A stretch of DNA of 64,000 nt from a virus (Duplodnaviria; Caudoviricetes): the IMG/VR virus record IMGVR_UViG_2595698914_000001, positions 64,001 to 128,000 of that record; one strand, 5' to 3'. Shown here one piece after another: positions 58,379-64,000 of the stretch. Position numbers and translations under genes: made by a program. The stretch's first letter is position 1; each line of letters starts with the position of its first letter. Below the pieces are notes generated by a model. The model was not told the origin of the DNA, made no database searches, and was given only the letters and a program-made list of their open reading frames with translations.

Positions 58379-59590
58379 TTAAATGTTAATGATTGTCCAT
58401 AAACAAATATAAACCATTAAAGTAGTACGGGTTAAAGTAATAGTATTATTATGCGTCTTATTACCAAGAGCATCTTTAATTACTACCTCACCTATCTTCT
58501 TCAACTGTTCTAATGTAGGGTCTAAACTACGACTACTACTAAAAGCACCTATAAGGATATCAAACACTTCGCGTATGTTCTTAATGTCCTTTTGGTTCTC
58601 ACGTATCTTACTAAGTCCAAATTCGAGAGTATGGTCAACAAACTCTTTTATATGGTCTTGTCTTCTTTGACCGTAGTTACCCGATATATGTGCTAAGGTT
58701 TTACGTATAGGCTTGTACCTACTGTTATTAGCCTTTGTAATCACTTCTAAGAGGTCATCGGATAAGAAGGTATCCGTTAGGGTTACATTAGATTCAAGAT
58801 ACATCTGATAACGGATAGGGTTCTTTAAGTTATCCTTAAAAGTAGCCTCACCTTCAGCATTAGTACCTATATTATTATCTAAACTAACCTTATCACTCTC
58901 ATCCTTAACACGATGAAATACAGCATTGTATTCTTTCATCATACTATTAAGGTTAGTACTGATTCCTGTTATAGTATCAGTAATTAATTTATCATCACGA
59001 TAACTCTTAATTATAGATGCCATATCCTTACGCTTATCTGTACCATGTAACATACCGTTAGCTTGTAAGTAGATAAGTTCTTTCCAACTATCCACCTGAC
59101 GTAGTATAAAACGTCTACTTAACTTATTATAAACGGTTAAAGCTAATTCACGGTCAACTCCATAACGGTAATCACGATAGAACAAACTAGTTAGGAACTT
59201 AAACTGCATAATAAATAGTAAGTTAGTAGCGGTACTTTCCTTAACCTTCTCTGAAAGGTCTCCTGTTAAAACTCGATGAAGTAGATAGAATAATAGATGA
59301 TTAGTTTCATCGCCACCTACTTGCCACTTAGGGTCAATGTAAGGTACGCTATGTAAAGCACCACGAACTTCATCACGGTCTACTTCAATTAGAATATCCC
59401 AAAGGTAATTCACATCACCTCTATCAAAGAATACAGGATACACCCCAACTAAGATACTACCGAAGAAGTTTACATGATTGTCATTTTTAACCATGATACT
59501 TTTAACGTACTTTTCAAAATCACCCACCCACTTATTGTCAATCTTAACATGACCACAGTAGGTTTTAAACACCTCAGGTACATTCTTCAT
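58379..59590 (-). CDS. Conserved chimallivirus-type protein (phiKZ gp49-like by position)
   Basis: 403 aa; KNDNHVNFFGS.LVGV, W.V.GD..N, QFKFLTS motifs; upstream of DNA polymerase. Confidence 0.7.
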   Translation of the reverse strand: MKNVPEVFKTYCGHVKIDNKWVGDFEKYVKSIMVKNDNHVNFFGSILVGVYPVFFDRGDVNYLWDILIEVDRDEVRGALHSVPYIDPKWQVGGDETNHLLFYLLHRVLTGDLSEKVKESTATNLLFIMQFKFLTSLFYRDYRYGVDRELALTVYNKLSRRFILRQVDSWKELIYLQANGMLHGTDKRKDMASIIKSYRDDKLITDTITGISTNLNSMMKEYNAVFHRVKDESDKVSLDNNIGTNAEGEATFKDNLKNPIRYQMYLESNVTLTDTFLSDDLLEVITKANNSRYKPIRKTLAHISGNYGQRRQDHIKEFVDHTLEFGLSKIRENQKDIKNIREVFDILIGAFSSSRSLDPTLEQLKKIGEVVIKDALGNKTHNNTITLTRTTLMVYICLWTIINI

Positions 59591-60027
59591 AGGTTAACAC
59601 TATCCTCTGTATCATTACCGGTAATCATTTCTCCCGGTTCAAAATTAAAGTCGTCATCCGATGTAGCCATTAGCTCTTTCTTGGATGGGTCTACTTCTAC
59701 AGCCTGACCATCAATAGGAGGCATTGTAAATTCCTTACCACCTTGAGTAACAAGCTGCATATACAACTCATTAAGTAATGCTGTCTTATCTTGGTCTGCT
59801 TGTTTATCGTTTTCTAATTTGACCTTAGTAAATACAGCTTTGTCTTGGTCAGCTAATAAACCCTTAGCCGCAGTAGCTATGGACGGGTCTAGACTATTAC
59901 TTAATAGCGCACGTAATACTTCCTGACGCATTAACTCGGTCTCTGCTAACTTACTATCTACCGACGTTTGTGATGCCATTCCCATATTGGAAACTGCAAG
60001 GTCTAATAATGATTCACTCATACACAT
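59587..60027 (-). CDS. Conserved hypothetical protein
   Basis: 146 aa, GGAG RBS; helical core and acidic tail FEPGEMITG. Confidence 0.7.
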   Translation of the reverse strand: MCMSESLLDLAVSNMGMASQTSVDSKLAETELMRQEVLRALLSNSLDPSIATAAKGLLADQDKAVFTKVKLENDKQADQDKTALLNELYMQLVTQGGKEFTMPPIDGQAVEVDPSKKELMATSDDDFNFEPGEMITGNDTEDSVNL

Positions 60028-60080
60028 ACTCCAAATTCGATGTTAACTCATACATATGATTGTCAAGGAGTGTTTAACTT

Positions 60081-60413
60081 ATGTTACATTGGAAAGAACC
60101 AGCTATTGCTAGCGATAAAGATACACATCATTTACACTGCGATGAACTCGCTGTAAGCTACGTTTACTGTGGTGGAGAAGAATACTCGACTATAGATTAT
60201 AATTTCAATACAGTGACTCTACGGACGCTTAACGGTACATTAATACGTACTATGGAAAAGAAATGTTTACCGCCACCTGTAGTTACAACTAAAAATAATA
60301 ACCTACTTATTCATAGACACGGTGTTAAAGTTAAATCGTTCCCTCTACTAAATAAGAATATAACAATACCTGCAAATGAGTTGTTTAGATTAATTAAGGA
60401 ATCTAGAGAATGA
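60081..60413 (+). CDS. Hypothetical protein
   Basis: 110 aa, AAGGAG RBS, ATGA overlap with polymerase. Confidence 0.7.
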   Translation: MLHWKEPAIASDKDTHHLHCDELAVSYVYCGGEEYSTIDYNFNTVTLRTLNGTLIRTMEKKCLPPPVVTTKNNNLLIHRHGVKVKSFPLLNKNITIPANELFRLIKESRE

Positions 60414-62548
60414 GCTTTACTTTTCCCCTAGAAGAATACGAACGAGATTTCAGTATAACAGATACATATACTAGACAGTTAGCTATTGGTCTAAGTAGAC
60501 TACGCAATTGTTCAGTAGAAGAAGCAACTAAGTTTATGCAAGACATACTAGATGCTAATAAAGAACGTATAGATGGTACTACTATCGAATTTACCATGCG
60601 TCAAAAGAACGGCGACCGTGTAGTAAAGCAAGTACCTATCTTAGATTATCTAAAGAAGATTAATGATTCTTCATTGGGTATGTCACCTACATTAACTACA
60701 TACAAACGACCAGACCAAGAATTAAGTCTAATCGTGGAAGATATAGCCGGTAACATGGCTAAGCGTAAAGTAGTTAAACGTGAAGCACAATTAGCTAAGC
60801 AGGCGGGTGATTCTGTTGTAACGACTATCAAGAATGGTGGTCAGAACGCTATTAAGGTACTAATTAATAGTTGGTCAGGTGCAGCACTAGATAAACATAA
60901 CGTGTTTAACTGTCAGTCCACACATCCGACATTAACATCGATGTGTCGTATATCTACCGCATTAGCTACTGCTTCAGTAGAGAAGTTCTTAGGTGGTAAA
61001 CGTTATTACCATAAACCTGAGAAGGTTATTGAAGACATCTTAGCTGTAGTTGATAGAATCGATGTGGCTAAAGTATTAGTTACGGTTAATAAGTATAAAT
61101 TAGTTATACCTACAGTAGAACAGGCAATGAATGTTATTAAACGTTCAACTGATTACTATTGGTGGGACGCTAAACAGTTCTCCTTTATAGAAGAACTAAT
61201 ACGTACTCTTTCTCCAGAAGAACGTACGGCATTTGTTTATGATGGTGACTTCTATCATCTATTTGAATTCAACCATGACTTTACACACAACATGCTTACC
61301 GAATTAAGTAATACCTTATTCGAAGATGATGTGGAGCGTGAACGCTTTAAGGAAATGGATGACGATATAACTACATTAGTTAGTAACCTTATTGGTAACG
61401 ATATTAAAGGTTCTGCTCTTTGGGATTACTTAGACCCAGAGAAACATCCAGAAGATAACCCTATCCGTAAGAAGGCTAATCAGATAGCTAACAACCTACT
61501 GGAAGGTTTAGGTAAGTACAAGTTACTTATAACTACTTTCTTTAGAGTTAGTCATTACCCTATAGATGTGGGTGCACAGAATCACTCTATACGTGTAACT
61601 GTACCTCTGGGTGATACCGATAGTACTATCTTTACAACTAAGCATATTAACGCTAAGTATTACGGTGAAGCTAAGTTTGATGAAGAACAAGAACCTGTAT
61701 CAGATGTTATGGTATACATGGTTAACGGTGTTATCGCACATGCCCTAGGTAACTTTAGTGCACAGATGGGTGTTATGCCTGACCGTCGTAAACTTCTAAT
61801 AATGAAGAACGAATACAAGTTCCCATCAGCTATGCTTACTCCAGTAGCTAAAACATATCATGCGTATGTTAAAGCTCAAGAAGGTCTAGTATTTGATAAG
61901 CCTGAATTTGAGTTAAAAGGTGCACGCTTTCATGCTGGTGCTAATAACATGGACTTAGTTAAAGAACTACATGACCTAATGGAACGTAACTTAACTAACC
62001 TCAATAAAGGTATTAAGATTAACCGTGGTGAACTGATAGATATAATGCTACGTGTTGAGAACGACATTAAGGCATCATTAGACCGTAAGGATAACTTATA
62101 CTTTAAACGTGTTAAAGTTAAAGACGGTAGTGAATACAAGAATCCTAATTCTAGTGTCTACGCTCACTGTACCTTATGGAATGCTTTGTTTGGTAACTCT
62201 CACGGTAAAGCTAAACCAGACCCACAGTACATGGCTTATAAAGTAGATTTAATCTATAATGACGGCGGTAAAGAATTCATGTCTAGACTATCTAAGTCTC
62301 AGCTGGCTAACTTTGAAACGTGGAAACGTACACACGATAAGAAAGCAGATATGATTCCTAATGCTATCCTAGTTCCTGTAGATAGTTTGTTAAAGTTCGG
62401 TATTCCTGATGTACTTAAGGATTACGCAGACATAGGGAAAATAGCTTCATTTTCTCTCGACCCACACAGACTTAATCTTCAAGCTATGGGTATACTAACA
62501 GATAAGGCTGATACAGGTACGTTGATTTCAGACATACTTGAACAGTAG
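60410..62548 (+). CDS. Family-B DNA polymerase subunit (phiKZ gp50-like)
   Basis: QNAIKVLINSWSG (motif B), GDTDS (motif C), MKNEY, KTY, ELKG. Confidence 0.88.
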   Translation: MSFTFPLEEYERDFSITDTYTRQLAIGLSRLRNCSVEEATKFMQDILDANKERIDGTTIEFTMRQKNGDRVVKQVPILDYLKKINDSSLGMSPTLTTYKRPDQELSLIVEDIAGNMAKRKVVKREAQLAKQAGDSVVTTIKNGGQNAIKVLINSWSGAALDKHNVFNCQSTHPTLTSMCRISTALATASVEKFLGGKRYYHKPEKVIEDILAVVDRIDVAKVLVTVNKYKLVIPTVEQAMNVIKRSTDYYWWDAKQFSFIEELIRTLSPEERTAFVYDGDFYHLFEFNHDFTHNMLTELSNTLFEDDVERERFKEMDDDITTLVSNLIGNDIKGSALWDYLDPEKHPEDNPIRKKANQIANNLLEGLGKYKLLITTFFRVSHYPIDVGAQNHSIRVTVPLGDTDSTIFTTKHINAKYYGEAKFDEEQEPVSDVMVYMVNGVIAHALGNFSAQMGVMPDRRKLLIMKNEYKFPSAMLTPVAKTYHAYVKAQEGLVFDKPEFELKGARFHAGANNMDLVKELHDLMERNLTNLNKGIKINRGELIDIMLRVENDIKASLDRKDNLYFKRVKVKDGSEYKNPNSSVYAHCTLWNALFGNSHGKAKPDPQYMAYKVDLIYNDGGKEFMSRLSKSQLANFETWKRTHDKKADMIPNAILVPVDSLLKFGIPDVLKDYADIGKIASFSLDPHRLNLQAMGILTDKADTGTLISDILEQ

Positions 62549-62671
62549 TAAACGAATATAAGTATATTAGAATTACACATACTCTAATATATTTGTACAT
62601 AGTCCCGTAACAATACGGAACTGATAGTGTGCTTATGTGCGTTATATAGGGTATATTCGGAAACCTAAATA

Positions 62672-62701
62672 TTTATACCCCTATATTATATGAGTGAATT
62701 G
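62672..62701 (+). promoter_or_regulatory. Putative early promoter P8 (chimallin gene)
   Basis: TTTATA-cccc-TATATTAT-atga-GTGAATTG. Confidence 0.75.
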
Positions 62702-62831
62702 ATTAGTGTAATTTAATTGCAAGCACTTAATTAATCAATATATATGTACATATATACAATCTCTCTAGATTCATCTAGGGGGTTACACCTATCCCATTTA
62801 AAATGTTATAACATAAAGAAGGAAATACCAA

Positions 62832-64000
62832 ATGGTATCAGTAACAGATAAAAGCAAAACTCTTGGTTCTCAAACTCAACAAACTGAGATGCCACAAATG
62901 AATACACAACAAACAGCGTCAGCTCAAGCGGTTGGTTCAGTATTTGACTTATTAGGTTCAGGTCTAGCTAACCATGCCGACGGTTCTCAAGGTGCTCGCG
63001 CAGCAACTATCTTAGCGGAACTTAAAGAGTATCGCGAAAAAGAAAAGATTGCTGACGAATGGCAGACTTCTGTAATCACTCACCAAGATTTACCTAATGG
63101 TGAAATGGTTGCTATCTTTATTGTAGCAGAAGATGCAGCGTTCATTCATCCAGTTATCTTTGCAGAAGTTGGTGGTCGTACTCAACAGACTTCTGATTCA
63201 GCAAATGGTTTAGCTGGTGTAGTTCGTGAAAGCAAAGTATCAAGTGCATCAATCACTCGTATCCCTGGCTTTAAGAATATCCTACTACAACACTTAGTGT
63301 CTAAAGGCCATTCTCGTATTCGTAATGTTGATTCAATCTCAATGTGTGGTTGTACTCTTATCCATAAAGATAAGAATATCAAACCAAACAACTTACTAGC
63401 TAATGCAAGTAATGAAATCTTTGCAGTTGTATCAGCGCGTAATACATTAACTAATCCAGCTACTCGTAAAGTTAGCGATTACTCAGGTACAGAGCTACAC
63501 ATCGATAGCACATCTGTAGTTGACAAAACAAACATTCATGGCCAACACATCTTCTCTCCAGTAACTCTTACTACGATTGCTCGTACTAAGTCTACTCTTG
63601 AAGGTAGTGCAAATCACCACAACGTTCCAGTTGGTGATGTGAATGGTTACATTGACTTCATGCCGTACAGCCAACCTGCTCGTCAGCAAGAACAAATGCA
63701 ACGTCAACAAAAAGGCGACCCACGTCGTGTTCCTAGCCACAAGCCATTCTTTGTTATTACAGATGAAACTTGGGCTGGCTTTAAGCAAAGTACTTCAACT
63801 CCAGAAAACTTACTAACGTTATTCATGACGCTTCCTTCAATTGCTGATGGCGCACTATGGGTTCCGCGTATTGTTAATGCGGGTGATACTGGCTTCAATC
63901 CATTATACGACTTTGCGTCTGTTGGTTACGATGAAGATGGTTTCAACAAACCGTTCGAAGAATGTCACGTACCTAACAAGTTCGATTTAAATGCACAACG
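62832..64000 (+). CDS. chmA: Probable chimallin (phage nucleus shell protein, phiKZ gp54-like); runs off the right edge; absent from ORF track
   Basis: Open frame from ATG 62832 (MVSVTDKSKTLGSQTQQTEMPQ...): Q/T-rich N-terminus, then HGQHIFSPV, VNGYIDFMPY, Q-rich loop, KPFFVIT; early promoter, strong RBS, directly after the gp50-like polymerase. Confidence 0.75.
   Translation, partial: MVSVTDKSKTLGSQTQQTEMPQMNTQQTASAQAVGSVFDLLGSGLANHADGSQGARAATILAELKEYREKEKIADEWQTSVITHQDLPNGEMVAIFIVAEDAAFIHPVIFAEVGGRTQQTSDSANGLAGVVRESKVSSASITRIPGFKNILLQHLVSKGHSRIRNVDSISMCGCTLIHKDKNIKPNNLLANASNEIFAVVSARNTLTNPATRKVSDYSGTELHIDSTSVVDKTNIHGQHIFSPVTLTTIARTKSTLEGSANHHNVPVGDVNGYIDFMPYSQPARQQEQMQRQQKGDPRRVPSHKPFFVITDETWAGFKQSTSTPENLLTLFMTLPSIADGALWVPRIVNAGDTGFNPLYDFASVGYDEDGFNKPFEECHVPNKFDLNAQ

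Noticed and set aside
16039-62548. Inteins or group I introns in RNAP, terminase, thyA or DNA polymerase
   Set aside because: Frames are continuous, lengths fit phiKZ-type homologs as I recall them, and no intein or LAGLIDADG motifs were seen.
63182-63898. Three minus-strand ORFs in the track
   Set aside because: Antisense to the continuous + strand chimallin-like frame.
1-64000. tRNA, rRNA or CRISPR arrays
   Set aside because: No cloverleaf or regularly spaced repeat-spacer pattern seen in the few intergenic gaps; not checked computationally.
1-64000. Stop-codon reassignment
   Set aside because: Long core genes are intact under the standard code, and TAA, TAG and TGA all end genes.

Overview
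This is a gene-dense, AT-rich segment of a phiKZ-like, nucleus-forming jumbo myophage (Chimalliviridae-type). I assigned products by eye from motifs and from gene order as I recall it for phiKZ; no searches were run. Core genes present: UvsX/RecA, three pieces of the split virion RNA polymerase (beta-N, beta-C, beta'-N), a 2278-aa gp181-like tail protein with a C-terminal lytic transglycosylase, prohead protease, thymidylate synthase, RNA ligase, PhuZ tubulin, tail tube and sheath, baseplate-region proteins, large terminase, a family-B DNA polymerase and, at the right edge, a probable chimallin (nuclear shell) gene missed by the ORF track. Accessory units are marked by eight copies of a tripartite promoter motif (WWTAYA-N4-TATATTAT-N4-GTG) and by intrinsic terminators. 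The most notable signal is that these putative early units carry several enzyme folds lacking their catalytic residues: three tandem dUTPase-fold proteins, a prohead-protease paralog, and a SLOG domain fused to a degenerate oligoribonuclease. There is also an array of about seven small acidic proteins with a shared architecture next to phuZ, and two paralogous multi-pass membrane proteins.
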